Shown here piece by piece: positions 1 through 21,699 of a stretch of DNA of 64,000 nucleotides. A model generated the notes under the pieces. It saw only the letters and a program-made list of their open reading frames with translations, was not told the origin of the DNA and made no database searches. Source of the DNA: Macrostomum lignano (Eukaryota); the NCBI GenBank assembly GCA_002269645.1, contig NIVC01000244.1:364848-428847 (forward strand), given 5' to 3'. The stretch's first letter is position 1; each line of letters starts with the position of its first letter. The translations under genes were made by a program, and so were the position numbers.

Positions 1-160
1 AGTAACTTCCAGGGATTGTGGGAGACTTCAGTAACTTCCAGGGATTGTGAGATATCTCAGATACTTTCAGGGACTGTGGGAGACTTCAGTAACGTCCAGG
101 AACTGTGGGAAACTACAGTAACTTCCAGGGACTATGAAGTACTTTAGTGACTTCCAACGA
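1..160. repeat. Diverged 29-nt tandem repeat (AGTAACTTCCAGGGATTGTGGGAGACTTC), about 5.5 copies, probably continuing beyond the window edge
   Basis: Unit starts near 1, 30, 59, 88, 117 and 146. Confidence 0.8.
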
Positions 161-7147
<6,987 letters not shown>

Positions 7148-7674
7148 TCCGCTCGTAGACCTGCGGCGAGGTGGTGCTGTACGTAGAAGGCACAACATTG
7201 AACTCTAGCAAGAATCCTAAACCTTTACCATACTCGCTAAGCTGCTGAGTCTCAATATAAAAAACTTCGAAACCTTCAACATCATTTTCTTATCTGATGA
7301 GACATTTTAGCTCTCTAAAGGACCGCCAGTGATTAGAGGGTGTCAGCGAACAAAGGATGTTTTTGTTTTTCTCTAGCATTAAATTGGCACTATTTACTAC
7401 TTTTATTTGTGCACCTAAGACCTTATTAGTATCGAATAGAAAGCTATATACGAATAGATACAAGTGCGAACTTTCCATCCCGGGAATATAATTTCATTTC
7501 AAAAAGGACTTTTGCCTTACATGGGGCGAATGGAGGAGCCCTTATAAAGTTGATGTTCAATTAGCATTCGCTTCTGGGTTGGATTAATTGGTTGGAAACT
7601 GACTGATAACTCGTGTTGAAGGCGGGCTTAAAAGTACAGACAGTCTTAATTCCTCATTGTATATCAACATATCA

Positions 7675-10600
7675 ACAATGTCACAAGAACTACAATGTCA
7701 CACAAAAGCTACAGTCACACAAGAGCTACAGTCACACAAAAGCTACAGTGTCACACAAGAGCTACAGTGTCTCACAAGAGCTACAGTGTCACACAAGAGC
7801 TACAGTGTCTCACAAGAGCTACAGTGTCACACAAGAGCTACAGTGTCACACAAGAGATACAGTGTCACACAAGAGCTACAGTGTCACACAAGAGCTACAG
7901 CGTCTCACAAGAGCTACAGTGTCACACAAGAGATACAGTGTCTCACAAGAGCTACGTGTCACACAAGAGCTACAGTGTCACACAAGAGCTACAGTGTCTC
8001 ACAAGAGCTACAGTGTCACACAAGAGCTACAGTGTCTCACAAGAGCTACAGTGTCACACAAGAGCTACAGTGTCACACAAGAGATACAGTGTCACACAAG
8101 AGCTACAGTGTCACACAAGAGCTACAGTGTCACACAAGAGCTACAGTGTCTCACAAGAGCTACAGTGTCTCACAAGAGCTACAGTGTCACACAAGAGCTA
8201 CAGTGTCACACAAGAGATACAGTGTCACACAAGAGCTACAGTGTCACACAAGAGCTACAGTGTCTCACAAGAGCTACAGTGTCACACAAGAGCTACAGTG
8301 TCACACAAGAGCTACAGTGTCACACAAGAGATACAGTGTCACACAAGAGCTACAGTGTCACACAAGAACTACAATGTCACACAAAAGCTACAGTCACACA
8401 AGAGCTACAGTCACACAAAAGCTACAGTGTCACACAAGAGCTACAGTGTCTCACAAGAGCTACAGTGTCACACAAGAGCTACAGTGTCTCACAAGAGCTA
8501 CAGTGTCACACAAGAGCTACAGTGTCACACAAGAGATACAGTGTCACACAAGAGCTACAGTGTCACACAAGAGCTACAGCGTCTCACAAGAGCTACAGTG
8601 TCACACAAGAGATACAGTGTCACACAAGAGATACAGTGTCACACAAGAGATACAGTCGCACAAGAGCTACAGTGTCACACAAGAGATACAGTGTCACACA
8701 AGAGCTACAGTGTCACACAAGAGCTACAGTGTCACACAAGAGCTACAGTGTCTCACAAGAGCTACAGTGTCACACAAGAGCTACAGTGTCACACAAGAGC
8801 TACAGTGTCTCACAAGAGCTACAGTGTCACACAAGAGATACAGTCGCACAAGAGCTACGGTGTCACACAAGAGATACAGTCACACAAGAGCTACAGTCGC
8901 ACAAGAGCTACGGTGTCACACAAGAGATACAGTCACACAAGAGCTACAGTGTCTCACAAGAGCTACAGTGTCACACAAGAGCTACAGTGTCTCACAAGAG
9001 CTACAGTGTCACACAAGAGCTACAGTGTCACACAAGAGCTACAGTGTCTCACAAGAGCTACAGTGTCACACAAGAGATACAGTCGCACAAGAGCTACGGT
9101 GTCACACAAGAGATACAGTCACACAAGAGCTACAGTCGCACAAGAGCTACGGTGTCACACAAGAGCTACAGTGTCACACAAGAGATACAGTCACACAAGA
9201 GCTACAGTGTCACACAAGAGCTACAGTGTCACACAAGAGCTACAGTGTCTCACAAGAGCTACAGTGTCACACAAGAGCTACAGTGTCACACAAGAGCTAC
9301 AGTGTCTCACAAGAGATACAGTCACACAAGAGCTACAGTGTCACACAAGAGCTACAGTGTCACACAAGAGCTACAGTGTCTCACAAGAGCTACAGTGTCA
9401 CACAAGAGCTACAGTGTCACACAAGAGATACAGTCGCACAAGAGGTTCGGTGTCACACAAGAGCTACAGTGTCTCACAAGAGATACAGTGTCACACAAGA
9501 GATACAGTGTCACACAAGAGCTACAGTGTCTTACAAGAGCTACAGTGTCTCACAAGAGCTACAGTGTCACACAAGAGCTACAGTGTCACACAAGAGCTAC
9601 AGTCACACAAGAGCTACAGTGTCTCACAAGAGCTACAGTGTCACACAAGAGCTACAATGTCTCACAAAAGCTACAGTCACACAAGAGCTACAGTGTCACA
9701 CAAGAGCTACAGTCACACAAGAGCTACAGTGTCACACAAGAGCTACAGTGTCACACAAGAGCTACAATGTCTCACAAAAGCTACAGTCACACAAGAGCTA
9801 CAGTGTCTCACAAGAGCTACAGTGTCACACAAGAGCTACAGTGTCACACAAGAGCTACAGTGTCACACAAGAGATACAGTCACACAAGAGCTACAGTGTC
9901 ACACAAGAGCTACAGTGTCACACAAGAGCTACAGTGTCTCACAAGAGCTACAGTGTCACACAAGAGCTACAGTGTCACACAAGAGATACAGTCGCACAAG
10001 AGGTTCGGTGTCACACAAGAGCTACAGTGTCTCACAAGAGCTACAGTGTCACACAAGAGATACAGTGTCACACAAGAGCTACAGTGTCTCACAAGAGCTA
10101 CAGTGTCACACAAGAGCTACAGTGTCTCACAAGAGCTACAGTGTCACACAAGAGCTACAGTGTCACACAAGAGATACAGTGTCACACAAGAGCTACAGTG
10201 TCACACAAGAGATACAGTCACACAAGAGCTACAGTCGCACAAGAGCTACGGTGTCACACAAGAGATACAGTGTCACACAAGAGCTACAGTGTCTCACAAG
10301 AGCTACAGTGTCTCACAAGAGCTACAGTGTCTCACAAGAGCTACAGTGTCACACAAGAGATACAGTGTCACACAAGAGCTACAGTGTCACACAAGAGCTA
10401 CAGTGTCACACAAGAGCTACAGTGTCACACAAGAGCTACAGTGTCGCACAAGAGCTACAGTGTCTCACAAGAGCTACAGTGTCTCACAAGAGCTACAGTG
10501 TCTCACAAGAGATACAGTGTCACACAAGAGATACAGTGTCACACAAGAGATACAGTCGCACAAGAGCTACGGTGTCACACAAGAGATACAGTCGCACAAG

Positions 10601-13600
10601 AGCTACGGTGTCACACAAGAGATACAGTCGCAAAAGAGCTACAGTGTCACACAAGAGATACAGTCACACAAGAGCTACAGTGTCTCACAAGAGCTACAGT
10701 GTCACACAAGAGATACAGTCGCACAAGAGCTACAGTGTCACACAAGAGATACAGTCACACAAGAGCTACAGTCGCACAAGAGCTACGGTGTCACTCAAGA
10801 GATACAGTCACACAAGAGCTACAGTGTCTCACAAGAGCTACAGTGTCACACAAGAGCTACAGTGTCACACAAGAGCTACAGTGTCACACAAGAGCTACAG
10901 TGTCTCACAAGAGCTACAGTGTCACACAAGAGCTACAGTGTCTCACAAGAGCTACAGTGTCACACAAGAGCTACAGTGTCACACAAGAGCTACAGTCACA
11001 CAAGAGCTACAGTGTCTCACAAGAGCTACAGTGTCACACAAGAGCTACAATGTCTCACAAAAGCTACAGTCACACAAGAGCTACAGTGTCACACAAGAGC
11101 TACAGTCACACAAGAGCTACAGTGTCACACAAGAGCTACAGTGTCACACAAGAGCTACAATGTCTCACAAAAGCTACAGTCACACAAGAGCTACAGTGTC
11201 TCACAAGAGCTACAGTGTCACACAAGAGCTACAGTGTCACACAAGAGCTACAGTGTCACACAAGAGATACAGTCACACAAGAGCTACAGTGTCACACAAG
11301 AGCTACAGTGTCACACAAGAGCTACAGTGTCTCACAAGAGCTACAGTGTCACACAAGAGCTACAGTGTCACACAAGAGATACAGTCGCACAAGAGGTTCG
11401 GTGTCACACAAGAGCTACAGTGTCTCACAAGAGCTACAGTGTCACACAAGAGATACAGTGTCACACAAGAGCTACAGTGTCTCACAAGAGCTACAGTGTC
11501 TCACAAGAGCTACAGTGTCACACAAGAGCTACAGTGTCACACAAGAGCTACAGTCACACAAGAGCTACAGTGTCACACAAGAGCTACAGTGTCACACAAG
11601 AGCTACAATGTCTCACAAAAGCTACAGTCACACAAGAGCTACAGTGTCACACAAGAGCTACAGTCACACAAGAGCTACAGTGTCACACAAGAGCTACAGT
11701 GTCACACAAGAGCTACAGTGTCACACAAGAGATACAGTCGCACAAGAGGTTCGGTGTCACACAAGAGCTACAGTGTCTCACAAGAGCTACAGTGTCACAC
11801 AAGAGATACAGTGTCACACAAGAGCTACAGTGTCTCACAAGAGCTACAGTGTCTCACAAGAGCTACAGTGTCACACAAGAGCTACAGTGTCACACAAGAG
11901 ATACAGTCACACAAGAGCTACAGTGTCTCACAAGAGCTACAGTGTCACACAAGAGCTACAATGTCTCACAAAAGCTACAGTCACACAAGAGCTACAGTGT
12001 CACACAAGAGCTACAGTCACACAAGAGCTACAGTGTCTCACAAGAGCTACAGTGTCACACAAGAGCTACAATGTCTCACAAAAGCTACAGTCACACAAGA
12101 GCTACAGTGTCTCACAAGAGCTACAGTGTCACACAAGAGCTACAGTGTCACACAAGAGCTACAGTGTCACACAAGAGATACAGTCACACAAGAGCTACAG
12201 TGTCACACAAGAGCTACAGTGTCACACAAGAGCTACAGTGTCTCACAAGAGCTACAGTGTCACACAAGAGCTACAGTGTCACACAAGAGATACAGTCGCA
12301 CAAGAGGTTCGGTGTCACACAAGAGCTACAGTGTCTCACAAGAGCTACAGTGTCACACAAGAGATACAGTGTCACACAAGAGCTACAGTGTCTCACAAGA
12401 GCTACAGTGTCACACAAGAGCTACAGTGTCTCACAAGAGCTACAGTGTCACACAAGAGCTACAGTGTCACACAAGAGATACAGTGTCACACAAGAGCTAC
12501 AGTGTCACACAAGAGATACAGTCACACAAGAGCTACAGTCGCACAAGAGCTACGGTGTCACACAAGAGATACAGTGTCACACAAGAGCTACAGTGTCTCA
12601 CAAGAGCTACAGTGTCTCACAAGAGCTACAGTGTCTCACAAGAGCTACAGTGTCACACAAGAGATACAGTGTCACACAAGAGCTACAGTGTCACACAAGA
12701 GCTACAGTGTCACACAAGAGCTACAGTGTCACACAAGAGCTACAGTGTCGCACAAGAGCTACAGTGTCTCACAAGAGCTACAGTGTCTCACAAGAGCTAC
12801 AGTGTCTCACAAGAGATACAGTGTCACACAAGAGATACAGTGTCACACAAGAGATACAGTCGCACAAGAGCTACGGTGTCACACAAGAGATACAGTCGCA
12901 AAAGAGCTACAGTGTCACACAAGAGATACAGTCACACAAGAGCTACAGTGTCTCACAAGAGCTACAGTGTCACACAAGAGATACAGTCGCACAAGAGCTA
13001 CAGTGTCACACAAGAGATACAGTCACACAAGAGCTACAGTCGCACAAGAGCTACGTGTCACACAAGAGATACAGTCACACAAGAGCTACAGTGTCTCACA
13101 AGAGCTACAGTGTCACACAAGAGCTACAGTGTCACACAAGAGCTACAGTGTCACACAAGAGCTACAGTGTCTCACAAGAGCTACAGTGTCACACAAGAGC
13201 TACAGTGTCTCACAAGAGCTACAGTGTCACACAAGAGCTACAGTGTCACACAAGAGCTACAGTCACACAAGAGCTACAGTGTCTCACAAGAGCTACAGTG
13301 TCACACAAGAGCTACAATGTCTCACAAAAGCTACAGTCACACAAGAGCTACAGTGTCACACAAGAGCTACAGTCACACAAGAGCTACAGTGTCACACAAG
13401 AGCTACAGTGTCACACAAGAGCTACAATGTCTCACAAAAGCTACAGTCACACAAGAGCTACAGTGTCTCACAAGAGCTACAGTGTCACACAAGAGCTACA
13501 GTGTCACACAAGAGCTACAGTGTCACACAAGAGATACAGTCACACAAGAGCTACAGTGTCACACAAGAGCTACAGTGTCACACAAGAGCTACAGTGTCTC

Positions 13601-16600
13601 ACAAGAGCTACAGTGTCACACAAGAGCTACAGTGTCACACAAGAGATACAGTCGCACAAGAGGTTCGGTGTCACACAAGAGCTACAGTGTCTCACAAGAG
13701 CTACAGTGTCACACAAGAGATACAGTGTCACACAAGAGCTACAGTGTCTCACAAGAGCTACAGTGTCACACAAGAGCTACAGTGTCACACAAGAGCTACA
13801 GTGTCACACAAGAGCTACAGTCACACAAGAGCTACAGTGTCTCACAAGAGCTACAGTGTCACACAAGAGCTACAATGTCTCACAAAAGCTACAGTCACAC
13901 AAGAGCTACAGTGTCACACAAGAGCTACAGTCACACAAGAGCTACAGTGTCACACAAGAGCTACAGTGTCACACAAGAGCTACAATGTCTCACAAAAGCT
14001 ACAGTCACACAAGAGCTACAGTGTCTCACAAGAGCTACAGTGTCACACAAGAGCTACAGTGTCACACAAGAGCTACAGTGTCACACAAGAGATACAGTCA
14101 CACAAGAGCTACAGTGTCACACAAGAGCTACAGTGTCACACAAGAGCTACAGTGTCTCACAAGAGCTACAGTGTCACACAAGAGCTACAGTGTCACACAA
14201 GAGATACAGTCGCACAAGAGGTTCGGTGTCACACAAGAGCTACAGTGTCTCACAAGAGCTACAGTGTCACACAAGAGATACAGTGTCACACAAGAGCTAC
14301 AGTGTCTCACAAGAGCTACAGTGTCACACAAGAGCTACAGTGTCTCACAAGAGCTACAGTGTCACACAAGAGCTACAGTGTCACACAAGAGATACAGTGT
14401 CACACAAGAGCTACAGTGTCACACAAGAGATACAGTCACACAAGAGCTACAGTCGCACAAGAGCTACGGTGTCACACAAGAGATACAGTGTCACACAAGA
14501 GCTACAGTGTCTCACAAGAGCTACAGTGTCTCACAAGAGCTACAGTGTCTCACAAGAGCTACAGTGTCACACAAGAGATACAGTGTCACACAAGAGCTAC
14601 AGTGTCACACAAGAGCTACAGTGTCACACAAGAGCTACAGTGTCACACAAGAGCTACAGTGTCGCACAAGAGCTACAGTGTCTCACAAGAGCTACAGTGT
14701 CTCACAAGAGCTACAGTGTCTCACAAGAGATACAGTGTCACACAAGAGATACAGTGTCACACAAGAGATACAGTCGCACAAGAGCTACGGTGTCACACAA
14801 GAGATACAGTCGCACAAGAGCTACGGTGTCACACAAGAGATACAGTCGCAAAAGAGCTACAGTGTCACACAAGAGATACAGTCACACAAGAGCTACAGTG
14901 TCTCACAAGAGCTACAGTGTCACACAAGAGCTACAGTGTCTCACAAGAGCTACAGTGTCACACAAGAGATACAGTCGCACAAGAGCTACAGTGTCACACA
15001 AGAGATACAGTCACACAAGAGCTACAGTCGCACAAGAGCTACGGTGTCACACAAGAGATACAGTCACACAAGAGCTACAGTGTCTCACAAGAGCTACAGT
15101 GTCACACAAGAGCTACAGTGTCACACAAGAGCTACAGTGTCACACAAGAGCTACAGTGTCTCACAAGAGCTACAGTGTCACACAAGAGCTACAGTGTCTC
15201 ACAAGAGCTACAGTGTCACACAAGAGCTACAGTGTCACACAAGAGCTACAGTCACACAAGAGCTACAGTGTCTCACAAGAGCTACAGTGTCACACAAGAG
15301 CTACAATGTCTCACAAAAGCTACAGTCACACAAGAGCTACAGTGTCACACAAGAGCTACAGTCACACAAGAGCTACAGTGTCACACAAGAGCTACAGTGT
15401 CACACAAGAGCTACAATGTCTCACAAAAGCTACAGTCACACAAGAGCTACAGTGTCACACAAGAGCTACAGTGTCACACAAGAGATACAGTCACACAAGA
15501 GCTACAGTGTCACACAAGAGCTACAGTGTCACACAAGAGCTACAGTGTCTCACAAGAGCTACAGTGTCACAAAAGAGCTACAGTGTCACACAAGAGATAC
15601 AGTCACACAAGAGGTTCGGTGTCACACAAGAGCTACAGTGTCTCACAAGAGCTACAGTGTCACACAAGAGATACAGTGTCACACAAGAGCTACAGTGTCT
15701 CACAAGAGCTACAGTGTCACACAAGAGCTACAGTGTCTCACAAGAGCTACAGTGTCACACAAGAGCTACAGTGTCACACAAGAGATACAGTGTCACACAA
15801 GAGCTACAGTGTCACACAAGAGATACAGTCACACAAGAGCTACAGTCGCACAAGAGCTACAGTGTCACACAAGAGATACAGTGTCACACAAGAGCTACAG
15901 TGTCTCACAAGAGCTACAGTGTCTCACAAGAGCTACAGTGTCTCACAAGAGCTACAGTGTCACACAAGAGATACAGTGTCACACAAGAGCTACAGTGTCA
16001 CACAAGAGCTACAGTGTCACACAAGAGCTACAGTGTCACACAAGAGCTACAGTGTCGCACAAGAGCTACAGTGTCTCACAAGAGCTACAGTGTCTCACAA
16101 GAGCTACAGTGTCTCACAAGAGATACAGTGTCACACAAGAGATACAGTGTCACACAAGAGATACAGTCGCACAAGAGCTACGGTGTCACACAAGAGATAC
16201 AGTCGCACAAGAGCTACGGTGTCACACAAGAGATACAGTCGCAAAAGAGCTACAGTGTCACACAAGAGATACAGTCACACAAGAGCTACAGTGTCTCACA
16301 AGAGCTACAGTGTCACACAAGAGCTACAGTGTCACACAAGAGCTACAGTGTCACACAAGAGCTACAGTGTCACACAAGAGCTACAGTGTCACACAAGAGC
16401 TACAGCGTCTCACAAGAGCTACAGTGTCTCACAAGAGCTACAGTGTCACACAAGAGATACAGTCACACAAGAGCTACAGTGTCTCACAAGAGCTACAGTG
16501 TCACACAAGAGATACAGTGTCACACAAAAGCTACAGTCACACAAGAGCTACAGTGTCTCACAAAAGCTACAGTGTCACACAAGAGCTCCAGTGTCACACA

Positions 16601-19600
16601 AGAGCTACAGTGTCACACAAGAGCTACAGTGTCTCACAAGAGCTACAGTCGCACAAGAGCTACGGTGTCACACAAGAGATACAGTCACACAAGAGCTACA
16701 GTGTCACACAAGAGCTACAGTGTCTCACAAGAGCTACAGTCGCACAAGAGATACAGTGTCACACAAGAGCTACAGTGTCACACAAGAGCTACAGTGTCTC
16801 ACAAGAGCTACAGTGTCACACAAGAGCTACAGTGTCACACAAGAGATACAGTGTCACACAAGAGCTACAGTGTCACACAAGAGATACAGTCACACAAGAG
16901 CTACAGTCGCACAAGAGCTACAGTGTCACACAAGAGATACAGTGTCACACAAGAGCTACAGTGTCTCACAAGAGCTACAGTGTCTCACAAGAGCTACAGT
17001 GTCTCACAAGAGCTACAGTGTCACACAAGAGATACAGTGTCACACAAGAGCTACAGTGTCACACAAGAGCTACAGTGTCACACAAGAGCTACAGTGTCAC
17101 ACAAGAGCTACAGTGTCGCACAAGAGCTACAGTGTCTCACAAGAGCTACAGTGTCTCACAAGAGCTACAGTGTCTCACAAGAGATACAGTGTCACACAAG
17201 AGATACAGTGTCACACAAGAGATACAGTCGCACAAGAGCTACGGTGTCACACAAGAGATACAGTCGCACAAGAGCTACGGTGTCACACAAGAGATACAGT
17301 CGCAAAAGAGCTACAGTGTCACACAAGAGATACAGTCACACAAGAGCTACAGTGTCTCACAAGAGCTACAGTGTCACACAAGAGATACAGTCGCACAAGA
17401 GCTACAGTGTCACACAAGAGCTACAGTGTCACACAAGAGCTACAGTGTCACACAAGAGCTACAGCGTCTCACAAGAGCTACAGTGTCTCACAAGAGCTAC
17501 AGTGTCACACAAGAGATACAGTCACACAAGAGCTACAGTGTCTCACAAGAGCTACAGTGTCACACAAGAGATACAGTGTCACACAAAAGCTACAGTCACA
17601 CAAGAGCTACAGTGTCTCACAAAAGCTACAGTGTCACACAAGAGCTCCAGTGTCACACAAGAGCTACAGTGTCACACAAGAGCTACAGTGTCTCACAAGA
17701 GCTACAGTCGCACAAGAGCTACGGTGTCACACAAGAGATACAGTCACACAAGAGCTACAGTGTCACACAAGAGCTACAGTGTCTCACAAGAGCTACAGTC
17801 GCACAAGAGATACAGTGTCACACAAGAGCTACAGTGTCACACAAGAGCTACAGTGTCTCACAAGAGCTACAGTGTCACACAAGAGCTACAGTCACACAAG
17901 AGCTACAGTGTCACACAAGAGATACAGTCACACAAGAGCTACAGTGTCACACAAGAGCTACAGTGTCTCACAAGAGCTACAGTCGCACAAGAGATACAGT
18001 CACACAAGAGCTACAGTGTCACACAAGAGCTACAGTGTCTCACAAGAGCTACAGTGTCACACAAGAGCTACAGTCACACAAGAGCTACAGTGTCACACAA
18101 GAGCTACAGTGTCACACAAGAGCTACAGTGTCTCACAAGAGCTACAGTGTCACACAAGAGCTACAGTCACACAAGAGCTACAGTGTCACACAAGAGCTAC
18201 AGTGTCACACAAGAGCTACAGTGTCTCACAAGAGCTACAGTGTCTCACAAGAGCTACAGTGTCACACAAGAGCTACAGTGTCACACAAGAGCTACAGTGT
18301 CTCACAAGAGCTACAGTGTCACACAAGAGATACAGTCGCACAAGAGCTACGGTGTCACACAAGAGATACAGTCGCACAAGAGCTACAGTGTCACACAAGA
18401 GATACAGTCACACAAGAGCTACAGTCGCACAAGAGCTACGGTGTCACACAAGAGATACAGTCACACAAGAGCTACAGTGTCTCACAAGAGCTACAGTGTC
18501 ACACAAGAGCTACAGTGTCTCACAAGAGCTACAGTGTCTCACAAGAGCTACAGTGTCACACAAGAGCTACAGTGTCACGCAAGAGCTACAGTGTCACACA
18601 AGAGCTACAGTGTCACACAAGAGATACAGTGTCACACAAGAGCTACAGTCACACAAGAGCTACAGTGTCTCACAAGAGCTACAGTGTCACACAAGAGCTA
18701 CAGTGTCTCACAAGAGCTACAGTGTCACACAAGAGCTACAGTCACACAAGAGCTACAGTGTCACACAAGAGCTACAGTGTCACACAAGAGCTACAGTGTC
18801 ACACAAGAGCTATCATGTCTCACAAGAGCTACAGTGTCACACAAGAGCTACAGTGTCACACAAGAGATACAGTCGCACAAGAGCTACGGTGTCACACAAG
18901 AGCTACAGTGTCTCACAAGAGCTACAGTGTCACACAAGAGATACAGTGTCACACAAGAGCTACAGTGTCTCACAAGAGCTACAGTGTCTCACAAGAGCTA
19001 CAGTGTCACACAAGAGATACAGTCGCACAAGAGCTTCAGTGTCACACAAGAGATACAGTCACACAAGAGCTACAGTCGCACAAGAGCTACGGTGTCACAC
19101 TAGAGATACAGTCACACAAGAGCTACAGTGTCTCACAAGAGCTACAGTGTCACACAAGAGCTACAGTGTCTCACAAGAGCTACAGTGTCTCACAAGAGCT
19201 ACAGTGTCACACAAGAGCTACAGTGTCACACAAGAGATACAGTGTCACACAAGAGCTACAGTGTCACACAAGAGCTACAGTGTCACACAAGAGATACAGT
19301 GTCTCACAAGAGCTACAGTGTCACACAAGAGCTACAGTCACACAAGAGCTACAGTGTCACACAAGAGCTACAGTGTCACACAAGAGCTACAGTGTCACAC
19401 AAGAGCTACAGTGTCACACAAGAGCTACAGTGTCACACAAGAGCTACAGTGTCACACAAGAGCTACAGTGTCTCACAAGAGCTACAGTGTCACACAAGAG
19501 CTACAGTGTCACACAAGAGCTACAGTGTCTCACAAGAGCTACAGTGTCACACAAGAGATACAGTGTCACACAAGAGCTACAGTGTCTCACAAGAGCTACA

Positions 19601-19744
19601 GTGTCACACAAGAGCTACAGTGTCACACAAGAGCTACAGTGTCACACAAGAGCTACAGTGTCACACAAGAGCTACAGTGTCTCACAAGAGCTACAGTCGC
19701 ACAAGAGCTACAGTCACACAAGAGATACAGTCGCACAAGAGCTA
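7675..19744. repeat. About 12-kb satellite of 19-nt (GTCACACAAGAGCTACAGT) and 17-nt variant units with higher-order structure
   Basis: Roughly 650 units; recurring variants gtctcac, gtcgcac, gagatac, gaggttcgg. Confidence 0.98.
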
Positions 19745-20206
19745 TACATTAAAAATCAAGATAGAACTCACCTAACGAAATGCCTTGAAATATTCCTACC
19801 AGAACTTCAGGAAAATTTGACCCAACAGTAAAATCAACTCAACAGTAAAAGATCAATTGTCTCTATTTCTTAACTACTTGCACAGTCTAAAACTAAGGTA
19901 CCGCTAATACTGAAACCAGACAAACTGCACCCATTGGCTGCTCCACGCCCATACCAATAAGAGCTGTGACAGCTAGAAGCTGAAACCTGGCTCACAATTG
20001 ACAAAAGCTCAGGAGTTACTCCTACGAATGTTGGCACTATTAAGCTATGACAGCTGAAGTGCAAGCACGAATTGAATACGGGACCTTCATGGCTGGGGGT
20101 TTTCTATTTATATAGACTGAGTCATAGAGTCCTTGAGTCAACTTCAATTTAAAGAAATCGTAAAAGCACCATACTGCAACCCATGTTGGACTGTTCAGAT
20201 CTGGGG

Positions 20207-20858
20207 CGCTGCTCAGGGGGCGCTGCTCAGGGGGGGGCTGCTCAGGGGGAGCTGCTCAGGGGGAGCTGCTCAGGGGGAGCTGCTCAGGGGAGCTGCTCAG
20301 GGGGAGCTGCTCAGGGGGAGCTGCTCAGGGGGCTGCTCAGGGGGGGCTGCTCAGGGGGCGCTGCTCAGGGGGCGCTGCTCAGGGGGCTGCTCAGGGGAGC
20401 TGCTCAGGGGGGCTGCTCAGGGGGCGCTGCTCAGGGGGGGCTGCTCAGGGGCGCTGCTCAGGGGGGGCTGCTCAGGGGCGCTGCTCAGTGGGCGCTGCTC
20501 AGGGGGGCTGCTCAGGGGAGCTGCTCAGGGGGGGGGCTGCTCAGGGGCGCTGCTCAGGGGGGCTGCTCAGGGGGCGCTGCTCAGGGGGGGGCTGCTCAGG
20601 GGGCGCTGCTCAGGGGGGCTGCTCAGGGGGGCTGCTCAGGGGGAGCTGCTCAGGGGGGTGCTCAGGGGGCTGCTCAGGGGGGGGCTGCTCAGGGGGAGCT
20701 GCTCAACGGAGAGGCTGCTGAGGGTGAGCCGCTCAGGGGAGCTGCTCAGGGGAGCTGCTCAACGGGGAGCTGCTCAGGGGGAGCTGCTCAGGGGAACTTG
20801 CTCAGGGAAAGCTGCTCAGGGGGAGCTGCTCAGAGGGATTCAGAGGAGCTGCTCAGGG
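20207..20858. repeat. G-rich minisatellite GCTGCTCAGGGG(G)n(A/C), variable 13-19 nt
   Basis: About 42 units with variable G-run length. Confidence 0.95.
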
Positions 20859-21370
20859 GTGCATTCGAGTCAGTATAAGACAATTACAGGCGATTCCAAA
20901 ATGCTCAATTTGCTGGAGTCACTCTAGCGAAACAACTCACTAATGCCATAAAAAATCCTATTAGGCTAGGCCCGGGGGGCCATGACTCCAGCTCTGCTCA
21001 AACAGACAATTATGGAGAGTGCGACTGACCTCATGCCGCCCCGCCTAGCACTGCAGAACCAAGCGCAAAATGCCTTCACAATACGATAAGGAAAACCGTA
21101 GAGGTCTGGACCCCCCCCCCCAATTTTCCACAGCTGTTTTTACCGGGTACCGGCGCCCCCCAGAAGAAACACAAAGAGGCTCAGCCAAGAAAGTCTTGAA
21201 CGAGAATCTGGAGTGGGAAACTCTTCCCCAACCCCCAACCCTATTTTTAGACACCATGCAAGCTTAGCAAGGTAAAACTGGGTGTCATTTTAATGTTGAA
21301 AAATTAACTGTATTCTAGAGCGAAGTTTAACTAATTCAAAACTTTTGAGGCTTTAATTGAGGTTTAACCA

Positions 21371-21699
21371 ATAATAATAATCATAATTATAATCATAATT
21401 GATTACACCTGCCCCAATGGCCAGATGTGCAACCGACAGCTCAGCCGCAGCTATTGCGCGGAGCATCTGAAGGCTGCGTACGGCTGTTCAGTCCAAGGAC
21501 TGGCCGGGGGTCGCCATGCACACACACAGCCTCAATTACCCCAGCTAATGCTGGTGCCCATTTTACAACTGAGTGAGCTGAAGCAATGCAGAGTTAAGTG
21601 TCGTGCTCAAGGACACAAACTGTTCCGAGTGGGGCGAGAATCGAACCCCCGACCTTTCTGTCGTGAGTTCGACGTTCTAACCATTAGGCTACAACCCCC
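21371..21699 (-). mobile_element. tRNA-derived, CORE-like SINE
   Basis: Minus strand has A-box TAGCCTAATGG and B-box GGTTCGATTC, then GTGTCCTTGAGCACGACACTTAAC...GTAAAATGGG (resembles the MIR/CORE domain) and an (ATT)-rich tail. Possible TSD TAACCAA at 21365 and 21702. Confidence 0.8.

Noticed and set aside
7613-19831. Giant ORFs of 4072, 4031 and 3802 aa
   Set aside because: The repeat unit has no TAA/TAG/TGA on the + strand, so all three frames are open. The 19/17-nt units cycle the same peptide through every frame. This is an artefact of the satellite.
19870-20064. Cys/Ser-rich 64-aa ORF with a TATA-like sequence upstream
   Set aside because: The nearest ATG is out of frame; no family recognised.
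20133-20927. Gly/Ala-rich or collagen-like ORFs
   Set aside because: Translations of the GCTGCTCAGGGG array; frame shifts follow G-run length.
21625-21699. Functional tRNA gene
   Set aside because: A and B boxes are present, but the acceptor and anticodon stems do not pair and the sequence continues into a SINE body and tail.
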